A stretch of DNA of 63,121 bases, filler included, from Reclinomonas americana ATCC 50394 (Eukaryota): the NCBI GenBank assembly GCA_048213135.1. It is 6 parts of 4 records of this genome, joined end to end, with 100 filler letters (N's around TTAATTAATTAA, not from the genome) between each part and the next. Parts side by side here need not be neighbours in the genome. Positions count along the whole stretch, not along the records: positions 28,744 to 40,613 come from PS015861.1; positions 40,714 to 63,121 come from PS015861.1; 4 more parts are not named here. The stretch is one strand, 5' to 3'. Both the position numbers and the translations under genes were made by a program. Within the stretch, counting starts at the first letter, position 1; each line of letters starts with the position of its first letter. Shown here in pieces: positions 28,825 to 43,397 of this stretch. Under the pieces are notes generated by a model. It was given only the letters and a program-made list of their open reading frames with translations, made no database searches and had not been told where the DNA came from.

Positions 28825-31800
28825 CTTGTCCTCTGACGCCCACCTCTCGTATTCCTGCTGTCGTTTTCCCTCTCCTACTTCCCTCTTCCTGTCTCATTGT
28901 CGCCTCGCCTTCTCTTGTCTTCTTCGTTGTCGTGCCCTCCGCCTCTCTCACTCCGTTCTCCTCTCTTCTTTCCCTCTCCGTTGTCTCATTGTCGCGGTGC
29001 GTTGTCAAGCTCTTTTCTCCTTCATTCCTCCTGTTGTGGTCACCCTCTGGCTCCTGTCTCCTCTCTCCTCTTCTCACTGTCGCCTTGCCTTCTCATCTGT
29101 CCTTCAATGGCATACATTCCTCCACTCGTGGTCGCCCTCTCGCTCCGACTCCTCTCTTCTTATCTCTCCCCTCTCCTTGTCTCACTGCGGTCTCCACCTC
29201 TCGTGTTAGCCCTTCGTCTTCCTATGTTGTTCTCCTCTCTTTGTACCCTCTCCTCATTGTATCCGTGCCTCATTGTCGCCTCTACCTCTCGTGGTCACCC
29301 TCTCGCTCCGTACTCCTGTCTTCTTATCTCTCCCCTCTCCTTGTCTCACTGTCTCCTTGCCTTCTTTCTCCTTCGTTTGTCATTCACTCCCCCTGTTGTC
29401 ACATCTTCCTCATGTCGTTATACCTCTGTCCCGCCCTCGGCTTGTGTCATTCTCACCTTGCCTCCTCTTGTCTCCTTCATCTCTCCTCTCGCAGTTCCCT
29501 TCTCACTCCGTTCTTCCTCTCCTTGTGTCATTGTCGCCTTGCCTTATCGTCTCTCCTTACCTCCACCTTTCACGATCTCAGTTCTCCTCTCTTCCATCCC
29601 TCCTCATTCCCCCTTGTGCTTTCTCTCGTCCTTTCCATCACCCTCGGTTTATGTCATTATCGCCTTGCCTTCTCTTCTCTCCTTCTCCGTCGTGCCCTGA
29701 GTTCCATCTCTCGTGGTAGCCCTCTCGCTCAATTCTCCTCTCTTCCATCTCTCCTTCCCCCTTCCTGCACTCTCATTCGTCTTTTCTCATCGTTTTCACC
29801 CTATTACTTCTCGTTATCCATTCCTCTTGTTGTGGTCGCCTTCTCCCTTTCCCTTTCTGTTTTTTCCATTCCCTTTCCCGTCTTCTCTCTCTCCTTTCCC
29901 TCCCTTCTCCTCACTTCCCCCGCGCCACCTACAGCTCACACCCGGCACCTACTTTGTGTGCGGTCGTTGGACGAGTCTCGACTTGTATTCCCCGCTGTTT
30001 TCCTTCAACGCTGGTTCGTCGTGCCGAGCTCGCCTCCCACCTTCGCCTTGCTGACTCTCTCTCCACACACGCAGGCAATCCAACCGTGTGCACCTTTGCT
30101 GGTTCCGGTGTGCAGGGCACCAGCAACGGCGTGCTCACTACAGCTCAAGTTGCGACTCTGATTGCGAGAGTGGCTGTCGCGTGTGTGCTCACAAACGGTG
30201 CTTGCAAACAGTTCGACACCATCACGAGCGTTGCCATGTCGTCAAGCGGCGATGTGTACGTGATTGAAAAGGCATGGCAGTGATTCAACCGGGGAAGAGT
30301 GCAGGGCTTTGTTCAGCAGAGATGTTATTGCTGTGTAAGAGTTTGCCAGTGTCGGTCAGTTGATGCACGCCAGCTTGGAACACTGTCTGTTTCCTATCTT
30401 TTTCTCAATCCTTTGTCTGAGAAGTCGATGGGCTGATGAGTTCATGAGGAGCTGTGAACACTTTTGCTCCTTTTCTCTCTCTCCCTCCTTCAGTGACCTT
30501 CAAAGGTGACAAGCTGATGCACACGCATTGCGCTTGGAACATTCTGTGAATCCTTTCTTTTCTTCTTTACAGCGACTTTGAAGACAATCAGTTGATACCT
30601 TCTCTCACTCTCTCTCTCTTTCTCTTCCTCCCTCCCTCCCTCCTCTGTCTCTTTCTCTCTCTTTCTCCCTCTCTCTGTGCCTCTCCTTCCTTCAACGAAC
30701 GACAAACGTGACGAGCTGGTGCACACTCGCAGCGCTGGGAACATTCTGTGTGTCCTTTCTTTCACTGACGACAGTGAATTAGGAGGCAATTGCACGCCTT
30801 GTGCAATAGAGGCGCCGGGAACACTGTGCCACCTCTCACTGTGTCTCGCTCTCTCGTTTCTGTGTTTGAGAAAGTGACGAGCCGATGCACTCTCGAGGCG
30901 TAGTCTGCGTCGTCTCCCTCTTCCTTTCCATCTCTCTTTCTCCATCTCTCCCTCTCCCTCTCTCCTCTTTCTTTCTCCCCCCTCTCTCTCTTTCTCTCCC
31001 ACCTCCCTCATTTCGGCGACTGAGAAATGTGCTTGCCCTCTTCTCCTCCCCCCTCCTGTCCCCCCTCCCCACAGGGCAAGAACGCCGTGCGACGAATCAG
31101 CCAATCAGGTGAGTCCTTCTTTGACCAGCGTCTTGCTCTTCGTGTTGCCCACTTGTCACCTGGCAGGCAACGTCAGCACTCTGGCTGGTATTGTACTGGG
31201 CGGCAGTGTATCGTCCGACGGAGTGAGTCACCGATCATGTCTCCGTGCCGATCTTCACCATCTAAACCCCCCACTCGCACACAGCCCATTCCAGCCGCCC
31301 GCTTCAACAAGCCATTCGGACTCGGTAAGCAAGCAATCTCTTTCTATTTTCTTTTTTGTGAACTAGCTCACTGTGCCGCTCACCGCAGCCATCGACGACA
31401 CGAAACACCTGCTGTATGTTTCCGATCATGTTGGTCTCAAGATCCGCGTCGTCAACATTCGCATGTTTTCGGTGACCACGGTCGCTGGCTCCGGAGCCGC
31501 TGGTACCACCAACGGATCCGCCCTCTCTTCCACCTTTCAGTCGCCGCAGTCCATTGCGCTGAACAACAACAACAACGAGCTGTTGATTGTGGATGGCGCG
31601 GTACGTGTTGGGGGGAAGTGCATTCTGCTTTTGTTTCTGCCGTGCTCGCTAATCCTTCACATCACACAGCCTGGCAACCATCTTCGTTTGCTGTCATTGT
31701 CCACCTCCTTGGTGAGCTTGGTGGCCGGCTCGGGTGTGGCAGCGAGCAGCGACGGAACGCTGCTGGTGAGTATCCCTATTATCACTGCTCTCCCCGTTTT

Positions 31801-34800
31801 TGCTGTTTATTGAAGGGGGAAAACACGCAGACGGGCTCATTCGATACGCCGACGGGAATCGCGGTGCGGTCTCCCACTCAGTTCTATGTGTCGGACTCGG
31901 TGCGTGTTGTGTACGTGCGGTTTTCGATGTGTACTAATGCACACTTATCACATCCTAATCATATCAGGGCGGTCACGTCATTCGCTTGGTGGACACTGTG
32001 GCCAACTCAATCACCACGGTTGCTGGCAACTTCGCACCTGGTTCGGCGGACGGCTTCAAATTCGGCGTTGCGTTTCTCATGTTGTAGACGGCAAGTGAAC
32101 TTCCGTCTCGCATACCCATTTCTTCATCTGCAGGCCTCCATCTTTTCACCACAGACACTGGTACGCTGTGTGCTTGCCTCTGCTGATTCAATGTTTGCTG
32201 ACTTTGGAATAGGCATTGGGTCCTGCTGGCGACTTGTACATGGCAACGAGTGGGTATGTTTGACCAATTCATGTTAGCGCAACACGCTCTTCACTTACTC
32301 GTGATTGTCGTTGGTGTGCGCAGTGACAGTTTGATTCGATCCGTGAGTGCATGTGGATTTGTGTGGATCGTGTGCGGAGGAGCACGCATTGCTAACGAGT
32401 GGCATTCTTGCAGTTAACGCTGGATGGGTATGTGACCACTCAAGCTGGTTCTTCCGGTGAGGAAAGAAACAGTATTCTGTGCAATTTAATCCACGTGCTC
32501 TACTGACATTTATATCATCTGTGAATCTTGTAGTCGGCTACACTGATGGTACAGTATTGCAGAGGTGTTCATGGCGAGACCCAGGTGCACGTATTTCTCA
32601 CCTTTTTCTGTTGTACAGGAGCCGCATTGTTCGCTGCATTGAACTCCCCAATTGGTATTGGTGTCTCGTGGAGCGGCACATCGCTCCTGATTGCCGATGT
32701 GAGTAAGTGTGCGCGCATGGTTGACACACCAATTCCCGCTAACATGCTCTCTGCCTCCACAGCAAGCAAATCTGCGAGTGCGCGTGCTCTCACTCACGCT
32801 CGGTGGTCAGTGGCGTTCTTGTGGTCTAAATTAGCATTGCCTCGTCGTGTCGTATTGGCGCTCTCTTTCAGTGTCGCTGTCGCTGTCTCGCTTTCGTGTC
32901 GCTGTCTCGCTCCCGTGTCGCTGTCTCGCTCCCGTGTCGCTGTCTCGCTCCCGTGTCGCTGTCTCGCTCCCGTGTCGCTGTCTCGCTCCCGTGTCGCTGT
33001 CTCGCTCCCGTGTCGCTGTCTCGCTCCCGTGTCGCTGTCTCGCTCCCGTGTCGCTGTCTCGCTCCCGTGTCGCTGTCTCGCTCCCGTGTCGCTGTCTCGC
33101 TCCCGTGTCGCTGTCGCTCTCCTCNNNNNNNNNNNNNNNNNNNNNNNNNNNNNNNNNNNNNNNNNNNNNNNNNNNNNNNNNNNNNNNNNNNNNNNNNNNN
33201 NNNNNNNNNNNNNNNNNNNNNNNNNNNNNNNNNNNNNNNNNNNNNNNNNNNNNNNNNNNNNNNNNNNNNNNNNNNNNNNNNNNNNNNNNNNNNNNNNNNN
33301 NNNNNNNNNNNNNNNNNNNNNNNNNNNNNNNNNNNNNNNNNNNNNNNNNNNNNNNNNNNNNNNNNNNNNNNNNNNNNNNNNNNNNNNNNNNNNNNNNNNN
33401 NNNNNNNNNNNNNNNNNCGTCGCTGTCGCTCTCTCGTCGCTGTCGCTCTCTCGTCGCTGTCGCTCTCTCGTCGCTGTCGCTCTCTCGTCGCTGTCGCTCT
33501 CTCGTCGCTGTCGCTCTCTCGTCGCTGTCGCTCTCTCGTCGCTGTCGCTCTCTCGACGCTGTCGCTCTCTCCTCGCCGTCGCTCTCCTTCACTGTCGCTC
33601 TCCTCGCCGTCGCTCTCCTCGCCGTCGCTCTCCTCGCCGTCGCTCTCCTCGCCGTCGCTCTCCTCGCCGTCGCTCTCCTCGCCGTCGCTCTCCTCGCCGT
33701 CGCTCTCCTCGCCGTCGCTCTCCTCGCCGTCGCTCTCCTCGCCGTCGCTCTCCTCGCCGTCGCTCTCTCCCCTTCCCCTCCTTTTCTATTTTCCTTTCCC
33801 TTCTTTCCCCTCCGCTCCCTCACCTCCTCTTCTCCTCTTTGCGCAGCTGGCTTGATCACGCTGTCTCCACCAGCCATTCGCCCGCTCGCCAATCAGAGTG
33901 TGTCTGCCTCGGGGTGCGGTTCCGTGGATGTCACCGGCGATCCGCTTGCTTGGGTCCTTTCATCCACGGCCTGCGTGCCGACAGTCACCCCAGTTGTGTG
34001 TGTGTGTGTGCACTCCCTCTCGCCCTCTTCCCAACTCCCCCTCTCACCCACTCGCGCCAGGTCCCCAACGTCTCCATCACGTACAATTATGTGGGAACAT
34101 ATTCGCTTCACTTCAACGCCCTCGGTGCCACTCCCGGCACCTACGTGCTGTGCGTTCGCTGGACCGACAAGGCTCCGTATCAAGTGGCCGCGCGCCTCAA
34201 TATTTGTTGCGTTTTCTACACCGGTCCGTCTTCCGTCGGTCTTCTCACCCACATCTGTTTGCTGTAGTCACGTTCGACTACATCACCCCGCGTGTGATTC
34301 ACGACGCACCGAATCGGCCAGTGCGACTGTACGGACACGGTCTTGTCGACATCACCGACGATCTCTCGGGTCTCGTCGTGTCACCGGGGTGTGTCGCCAA
34401 TTTTGCGTACACGGCAAGCGTCGTGTCCAAGTATCTCGACGGCGACACTTCGCTGTTCATGCTGGTTGATGCGACGGGTGAGTGCTGAAGCACGCGTGTA
34501 CTCATTGGTTAGCAACTGAGTTTCCCTCTCGTTGCAGGTGTCACGCCTGGCGCCTACAATTTGTGCATGCGTCTGTCGGTTTCCGATTCGTATTTTAGTG
34601 TCGGAACGATTCAAGTCGGTTTGTGGTTATTGCCTGCGTCTCTCTCGTTGCGCTCCTTCTCTCATTCACCCTTGCATTTCGTTGCCGATGCAGCCCCGCT
34701 GTCAGTGTGTACGGTCGCGGGTCCGTCGACCGTGGCCACACCGTCCAGTCTCACCGACGGATTTGCTCTCGTGCAAGCAGAATTCAACCGGCCAACGTCC

Positions 34801-37800
34801 GTGGCCGTCGCCTCCACCGGTGACTACTATGTGGCAGATACGGTGCGTGTGTCGAGTGCCACGTAGTGTGCGTGTACTTGTTGTTCTCACACCGCCTTCC
34901 GACGCAGAATAATCATGCCATTCGTCTGGTGCAACGTGATGGCTACGTGCGCACCGTGGCGGGCGCAGGCGTTGCCGGCGCAGTGGATGGTGTGCTTGGT
35001 ACTGGCTATCTCAACAGCCCTGCGGGAGTGGTGAGTGCACGGCAGGAGAGGCTGGTAGGAGCGTCTTGCAATCTACTTACCGTCGGGAATCAGGCGCTGA
35101 TGGAGGCAACGAATACGCTGTTCATTGCCGAGGCTGCAGGGCAATCTGTGCGACAGCTGAACTTGCTCACCAGTTGCGTCTGTCCTCGAGAGCACTATTT
35201 CTGACTTATCTGTCACTCAAGTTGTGAATTCCCCTGTCGCAGCCGCCGTGACAAGCATTGTTCCACAGAATGGTGTGTGCTGCATCAATGGACCGTTTAC
35301 CACCGCCACCATGGGAGTTTTGAGTGGGATCATGATCGAGTCGCCGACACAGCTCCTTGTGAGCGATGTCTCCGTTGCGAAGCCTCGACATTCTCAAAGT
35401 GCAGCGCTGGAGTCGACGCCTCTCACTTCCTCTGTTGCCACACAGGCACGCTCAATTCGTCGCGTGGATCTCTCGACGCAGCAGGTATCGATGCTGGCTG
35501 GCAACGGCGGCAATCTTGTTGCGAATGGACCGCTGCCGGGCTCCACGCGCGACCCTCGCGGCGTTGCAATGATGGTGAACGGCACCATTGTGTTTGCTGG
35601 AGGAGTTTCGTTTCATCTGCCTGGTCTGCTTGCACAGCATAGCTAATTGGAAGCTTTCGCAGGTGGAGAACCGTTTGCGGCTAATTGACAAGACGGCGGG
35701 GACCATATCCACGCTTGTTGGTCTCGGTGGGTCGACTAACTTTGATGGCGTGGCGATGTCGGCAACCATGTTCTCTCCTCGCGGCGTGTGCGTTGGGCCG
35801 GGCGACGACGATCTCATATTCACCACCGTTGCGTTGGCGTCGCTTCCTGTACTCGTAGTCCACCACGTCTGTGATTGACAGAGGGAGCGAATCGCAGATT
35901 GGTCAAAGTCGAGTTCGACAGCTGTCGCCCCTCAACTCGATTGGAGGTGCTGCTGCTGCTCACTGCCCCTCACTAGAGTAATTATACTCTTCTTCTCATG
36001 CATTTTTTTCGTTTGTGATAAATAGGTGTTGTCACCACCCTTGCTGGCCTCTCCTCGGTGGGTACTGCAGACGGCGACGCGTCTGTCGCCACGTTCAACC
36101 AGCCAAGCGATTGCAAAGTGTTGCCGAATGGGACTGGTTTCTTGATCCCGGAGCTGTTCAATCATCGCATTCGCTTGCTATCGATTGGCGGTGAGTGTGG
36201 GAGGAGAGAGTTGTCTACTGTAGTTAACGCGCGTTCTGACTTGCGCTGTAGCCAACATCACCAGCCTTGCACCTCGCAAAGCGCTTCGTGGTGCCACCAT
36301 TGCGCTGACTGTGAATGGTTGTGGTCTTCTTGACGTGAGCGCTGATCCCAGTGCCTTTGTGCTCTCCTCTACTGCATGTCCCCCGGCACCGAACGTAGTG
36401 GCCGGCACATCGATCGCCGCGTCCGGATTCACCTCCACTTCGATCAATCTGTCACTGTCGCTCGGGGCGTCTGTTGCTGCCGGGCAGTACTTTGTGTGTG
36501 TGAGGTGCGTATTGTATGGGGAGGAAATAGATGACGAGAAGAAAAATGATTAGTGCTCATGCATCTCGGCAGGTGGTTCTCGACGCTGTCGTATTTTGCT
36601 GTCGGACCACTGCAAATTGGTGAGCCCAGCGCATGCATCCTCCTTTTCACGAATCTCTCCTCATCCCTGCTGTGCCTCCCACCAACAGCAACCGTGGTGC
36701 CATCGACGACCATATTGTCGGCGTCCGCCAGCGAGTCGTGGACTGCCACCGGTGCCTCCATTCCGGATGTGAGTGCCGACCCCTCGGCGTGCTCGTTGGC
36801 CACCTCGTGCTCGCTGGTCGGTGGAGTCCTGCCTGGGGCGTTGGCAGTGACCACCACCTACAACAGTTCGGCGTCCTTGTCGTTTTCGGCCGACCTCTCT
36901 GCCGCTCCTGTTGGTCCCCTTGTGTTATGCTGTCGCTTCGACTCGTATGCCGCGTACTGGCAGGTGTCGGCCATGACCGTGGTGACCTTCAATAATCCAC
37001 CGACCAATCTGGCTCTCTCCAGCAACCTGTACTTTCCGCCGTCGGTCGCTGGGTACGTGGTGGGAGTGCTCAGCAGCACCGATGTCGACGCCGGCGACAC
37101 GTTGACGTACTCGATATCTGGAGGCGCTGATGCGGCAGTCTTTTCGATTGTGAGTTCAACGCAGCTGGTCATGGCTACTGCCGGCGTGACGGCATCAACA
37201 CTTTTGGTCGATGTCAAGGTTCGTGACAATGGAGTGCCGAGCAAGGCCATTCACACCACCTTTACCATTGCGGCAAGTTGCGTCGCACACCACCACCATC
37301 TCTTGCTGCTTTGATTGCTCTGCCTGCTCACGTTGTCGTACGCACTCAGTTGTCGCGTCAACCTTCAGTCCGCTGACCAAACTGCTTGGCGAGAGTGGCA
37401 CGGTGGTGCTGACAGGAGTGGGATTGTCGGCGGGTGTCACGGTGCGCACCGTGCGCATTGAACCAGGAACGGTGTGCACGAGTGGTGCTGGGTCGACACC
37501 GGCTAGTGGTACAGTGACCGGCAACATGAGTCAGAATGCGGCGCTGACCGAGTTGACGGTGGTGTTGACGGGCGGACTGAGTGTGGCGGGTCCGTATCGC
37601 GTGTGCGTGGAGTACATGAATACGGTCGACAGCGACGATGTGTTTGTTGCGGTGGGGAATGATGTGATTCTTGTTGGTGAGTGATTGTGGGAAAAGGAAG
37701 TGAGAGACTGGGGAAGGAGAAGCAAAGGGGAGGAAGAGAAGGGAGGAGGCGAGAAGCGGAGAGAAGGGAAGATAAGGTAGCAATGTGTGAGAGGTTGCGT

Positions 37801-40477
37801 GATGAGGCAATGGCACTTGGTGATCTTGTTTCCTTTGAAGCACGCTTTGCTATAATATCGACCAGGGAACCGAAGTCCGTTGTCATGTTGTTGCTTATTT
37901 TGTGTCGATGCGCACAGCAAGCGTGGCGGGAGTTGTGGCACCAGGCGAGGTTGTGGCTGGTGCGGGCGGGTCGACAGTGGTGGTTGGCGGTCAAGGACTT
38001 GGGAGTGCCTCGATTCGCACGGTGCGGTTCGAGAGTGGCAGCATGTGCACGACGGGTGGTGGCGTACCGAGTGGCCCGTATGTGGATGTGAGTGGAGGTG
38101 GTGTGTCGACGAATGTGGGGAGTGGATACACGTCCACGACGGTGACGCTGCCGGCGGTGGGCGGATTGCCGGCTGGAGTGTGGATTGTGTGTGTGGAGTA
38201 TGCGGGGAGTGCGATGGGCAGTGGGTCGTTTGTGCAGGCGGGTGGTGATGTTGTTGCGAGTTGCGGTTGGAGGGGAAGAGGGGGAAAAGGGGGAAGGAGA
38301 GAAGGAGGAAGGGGAGAGGGGAGAGGAAGATGAGAGAGATGGGGAGTGAGAGAGTGGAGACAATCGAGTGGAGGAATGATGGGAAGAATAGAGTGGAAGC
38401 GAGTGGGGCTGGAGGAGGGGAAGATAATGGACATTGAGCAAGTGAGGGGATCCTTTTTGATTGATGTGGGTTTGACCAAAAAGGAGGAAAGGTACCGCGC
38501 TGTCGATAGGTGGCAATCGTAGCGGTGATTGGTCTGAGTCTTCTTGCCCTACGCATCTTGTCCTCAGCGCCGCGTTTCATTGCTCTGCTTCTGGCTTCTG
38601 CTTGTCTCTCTGGCACTGCGCTCTCATGTCATCTCAGTCTATTGCCCTCTTGCATTTCACAGCATTTCTCGCTTTGACTTCTGCTTTTCTCTCTCTCTCT
38701 CTCTCCTCTCTGTTTAAGCACCACCTCTGTATGTTGCTCTCGTGCGTTTCACAGCTTACGACCCTTTGACTTCTGCTTCTCTTTCTCTCTCTCTCTCCCT
38801 CTCTCTCTGTTCAGGCACCATCTCTGTATGTTGCTTTCGTGTATCTGACAGCACATCTCGCTTTGGTCTCTCTGCTTCGCACTTTCTGTCTCTCTCCCCC
38901 TCTCTCTTCTCTCTGTTCAAGCGCCATCTCTGTATGTTGCTTTCGTGCGTTGACAGCACATCTTGCTTTGGTCTCTCTGCTACTCTCTCTGCTTCTGTCT
39001 CTCTCCCTCTCTCTCTCTCTCTGTGCTCAGGTATCATGTCAGTATGCTGCGTTCTGTATGTGACAGCACATCTCGATTTGTTCTCTCTTTTCTATCTCTC
39101 TCTTGCACCTTCATGCCTTCTCGGCTGTTGCCCTTGTGTGCGTTTTGCTGTGACTTTTGCTTCTCTCTCTGCTGCACGCTCCATGCATTCCAGTATGTTC
39201 TCGTGCATCTGACTCCACATCTCGCATGAATTCGATTTGCTGGGTCTGTATTCTCACATGTTCTCTCTTCTCTTGTCTTGCAGTCACGACAAACAGCGCG
39301 GTATCACGATTCAGTCCACCTTCGCAGCCGGTGGGCATTGCAACAACGGTGGTTATCACGGGCGTGTCGTTAGCGCCGCGCATTGGTGTTCGAACAGTGC
39401 GGGTGGAGCCTGGCACGATGTGCACGACTGGTGCGGGCAATGCGCCGGCAATGGGAACGGTGACCGTGGCGGGAACGTCGGCGATGCTGCTGTCGGTGAA
39501 TGGTGGATGGACGGAGCTGAGTGTGTCGGTGGGTGCATTTGCGACGGTGGGGACGCGAGTCGTGTGCGTGCAGTACGCGTGGACGCCGGCAGCGGCGGAG
39601 ACGTATGCGCAGGTGGCCGGATCCATGCTTGTTTTCGGTGCGCTCTACTCTTGAGTCACATTTCTTGCACTCTCAGATCGCGTGCTTACTTTGCGTGTCG
39701 CAGATATTCCGCGCGCCTTCAGCCCGACCAGCGTTACACCACCGCTGCCGTTTCAGCTTACGGTGTTCGGCGCACTACTCAGCACATCCATCGTTTCCGC
39801 ACTTCGCGTGCAGCGCGGACCATTGTGCAGCACCGGAGCTGCGGCCAGCACATTTGCTCTGGATTTTGTCGACGCGGATCTCGACTTTGCCGTCGATTCT
39901 ACGTCCGTCACTGTCTCGGTGCCGCAACTGGATCCGGTCTCGTACAGTGTGTGCGTTCGCATGTCACCGATACTGTCCAGCGCTGGATTCGTTCGTATTT
40001 CTTCCTCGTCGCTCGATGTATTCGCCGGTGTGTAATATTTTGCATCATTTATTCGCCAGTTTGCGTGCTCAATATTTCTGTTCCCACCTGCAGCGCCGTC
40101 CATTACGATGGTCGCCCCACTCTCGGGTACGACCTGGGTGCGGCGCAACTCGTATCCAGTCCTGTGGACTTGCTTCAGTATTTCACCGGCAGTTTCCGTC
40201 GATGTGCTGCTGCTTCACGCCACGGGAGCAGCTCATTCGTTCTCGATTGCCAGTTGCGTGCTCGCCAGTCTTGGTATGACTCTGTTTCTCTCTCTCTCTC
40301 ACTGTGTCTTAGTCCGAGTGTTACTGTCTCTGTCTGTCTACCTCGTTGCACCGCGTTCCACTTCTCCCTCTCTGTCGTTCTCTCTGTGTCCCCCTTTTGC
40401 TCTGATGCTGCTGCAGTCCCTGTCTCTCTTCCTGTCCTCTTGACTCTCTTTTTAACCGGTCCTTTTCCATGTCTCCC

Positions 40478-40545
<68 letters not shown>

Positions 40546-40714
40546 GTCCTCGTCTCTCGTCTCGTCGTCGTCGTCTCTCTCTCTCTCTCTCTCTACTCTC
40601 TCTCTCTCTCTCTNNNNNNNNNNNNNNNNNNNNNNNNNNNNNNNNNNNNNNNNNNNNTTAATTAATTAANNNNNNNNNNNNNNNNNNNNNNNNNNNNNNN
40701 NNNNNNNNNNNNNA

Positions 40715-40763
<49 letters not shown>

Positions 40764-42070
40764 TCTGTCTCGTCTCGTCTCGTCTCGTCTCGTCTCGTCT
40801 CGTCTCGTCTCGTCTCGTCTCGTCTCTCTCTCTCTTCTCTCTCTCTTGTTCTCTCTCTCCTCCTCTCTCTCTCTCTCCTCCTCTCTCTCTCTCCCTCCCT
40901 CCTTCCTTCTAACTTTGTCTCAACCCTCTTGCAGACAACGTACCCTGCGTGTGCGACGGCCTGACCGTAAACCGCCTGCCCCGCGACTGGACCGTCAGTC
41001 CTGATGTGCTCGCCGACGGTGGTAACGAAATCGTCGTTCGACAAGTTGTGTCGAATGGCGGCACTCCGCTCGTCGCGCGCTCCAGCATCCAAGTGCACCC
41101 GCGGCAGATTGTGGTCTTGTATCCCGCCGACGCCGTCAACGTGCGCAACGACAGTGTGATTCCGGTCACATTCACGTGCAACCGCAGCGAGCTGCGTCGC
41201 GTGCGTGTGGCAATGACGGTGCCGAACGTGGACGTCGACTCGCTGGGCCACTTTGGCTTCACCGACGTGCCGCAGAGCCTGCCTTCTCGCGATCTCGCTG
41301 GCGCAGATTCACAGCGAGTCGACCTCAGCAGTCCGCTGCTGCTGGCGTCGTTTGTGGTGAATGCCACGTGCAATTCTCCGACGCCCAACCAATTCGCCTT
41401 CAACGCCACCTCGTGGCAGGGCCCGCCGCTCTTGCGTATTCTCGTGCTGGACGATTTCGATACGGATGAGCTGCTGGTGGGCAGATCCGGCACAGTCGGA
41501 CTCATTGACAGTCAAGGCAATTTCGTCACTGCGGCTGGTGTCACTGGTGGTGGTGGTGATGGTACTGGCGGCAGCGGTGCTGGTACTGGCAGCGGTGGCG
41601 GTGGAGGTGGCTCGGGACCTGGCGGTGGAGCGAGTGGTGCTGGCGGCGGTTCCTCTTCGTCGGGGCAAAAGCGCCCTGGTGGTTTTGTCACGGTTTGGTG
41701 GTGGATTTTGATGGTTGTGGCGGCGGTGGCGGTGTCGATTCTGCTGTTTGCGTGGTGGCGGTGGCGGCGGAATAAGGAGCGTCGGGAGGAAGAGGAGATG
41801 GCGGCGATGGAGACGGAGATGACGGAGCGGGTGGTGATGTATGGAGAGGAGGTGGTGGGGGAGGAGGAGGAGGAGATGGGTGGTGAGTGGGAGGGAGGAG
41901 GGGGAAGGGAGAGGGAGGAGGGAGTGGGAGGAGGAGGGACAGGGAAGGGAAGGGGAGGGAGGAGGGAGGGGAAAGGGTGTGAGGGGAAAGTGGATGAGGG
42001 GGGAGGGCGGAGGGAGGAGGGAATGAGGGAGAGTGACAGAAAAATGAAGGAGGAGAAACATGAAGAGTAA
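27604..42070 (+). CDS. Giant type-I membrane protein: signal peptide, IPT/Ig-like repeats, two clusters of NHL repeats (beta-propellers), one cadherin repeat, Gly-rich stalk, TM helix, acidic tail (>30 exons)
   Basis: Signal peptide [24 protein letters not shown] units such as [49 protein letters not shown] and [12 protein letters not shown]. Cadherin unit [10 protein letters not shown]...[31 protein letters not shown]...[32 protein letters not shown] followed by RWRR. Exons join in frame with GT/GC-AG sites. Confidence 0.85.
32870..33770 (+). repeat. Intronic GTCGCT-based minisatellite (19-, 17- and 15-bp periods)
   Basis: Arrays of GTCGCTGTCTCGCTCCCGT, GTCGCTGTCGCTCTCTC and GTCGCTCTCCTCGCC either side of a gap. 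Confidence 0.9.
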
Positions 42071-43141
42071 ACGGTAGAGCAAGAGGAAGAGGAAGAGGAA
42101 GAGGAAGAGGAAGAGGAAGAGGAAGAGGAAGAAGAAGAGGAAGGGGAAGAGGAAGAGAGAGAGGCGATGAAGGGTAGTGCGGAAAGAAGAACTAGGAGAG
42201 AGGAGGGAAGTCGAAAGAGAGAGAGAGTGTCGCATATCTCTGCGAATCGTTGATCATGTTGAACCTTCTGAGAATTTACGGAGACAGTTGCTTCATCAGA
42301 GTTGAGTTTGCTATCTTTCACTTACATTTCTTGCCTCTATCTGTCGCTCTCTCTTCCTTCCTGAAATCGCCTTGCTCTCTCTCTCTCTCTCTCTCTNNNN
42401 NNNNNNNNNNNNNNNNNNNNNNNNNNNNNNNNNNNNNNNNNNNNNNNNNNNNNNNNNNNNNNNNNNNNNNNNNNNNNNNNNNNNNNNNNNNNNNNNNNNN
42501 NNNNNNNNNNNNNNNNNNNNNNNNNNNNNNNNNNNNNNNNNNNNNNNNNNNNNNNNNNNNNNNNNNNNNNNNNNNNNNNNNNNNNNNNNNNNNNNNNNNN
42601 NNNNNNNNNNNNNNNNNNNNNNNNNNNNNNNNNNNNNNNNNNNNNNNNNNNNNNNNNNNNNNNNNNNNNNNNNNNNNNNNNNNNNNNNNNNNNNNNNNNN
42701 NNNNNNNNNNNNNNNNNNNNNNNNNNNNNNNNNNNNNNNNNNNNNNNNNNNNNNNNNNNNNNNNNNNNNNNNNNNNNNNNNNNNNNNNNNNNNNNNNNNN
42801 NNNNNNNNNNNNNNNNNNNNNNNNNNNNNNNNNNNNNNNNNNNNNNNNNNNNNNNNNNNNNNNNNNNNNNNNNNNNNNNNNNNNNNNNNNNNNNNNNNNN
42901 NNNNNNNNNNNNNNNNNNNNNNNNNNNNNNNNNNNNNNNNNNNNNNNNNNNNNNNNNNNNNNNNNNNNNNNNNNNNNNNNNNNNNNNNNNNNNNNNNNNN
43001 NNNNNNNNNNNNNNNNNNNNNNNNNNNNNNNCCGTACGTACGTACGTACGTACGTACGTACGTACGTACGTACGTACGTACGTACGTACGTACGTACGTA
43101 CGTACGTACGTACTACTACTACTACTACTACTCTACTACTA

Positions 43142-43233
<92 letters not shown>

Positions 43234-43397
43234 CAACTTCGCATTCGTCAATTCTACCCTCGCAGTGACTGACATCATTTTATTGACGCAGATCGATCGT
43301 ACGGGTCTGGTCGGACTGCGCTGTTGGTGTGTACAGTTGAAGTGGCCCATCACGTGGATACAACAGTTCGATTGCATTCCTCACTTTATAAGTGCAG

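Noticed and set aside
35828..36026. Apparent non-GT/AG junctions in the NHL gene (reading [13 protein letters not shown])
   Set aside because: A canonical solution exists: the acceptor at ...atcgcag gives [27 protein letters not shown] in frame.
43032..43145. (TACG)n, (TAC)n and (GTC)n tracts at gap edges (also 15604-15700)
   Set aside because: They match the pyrosequencing flow order and occur only at contig ends next to long (CT)n runs, so they are likely read-end artefacts.
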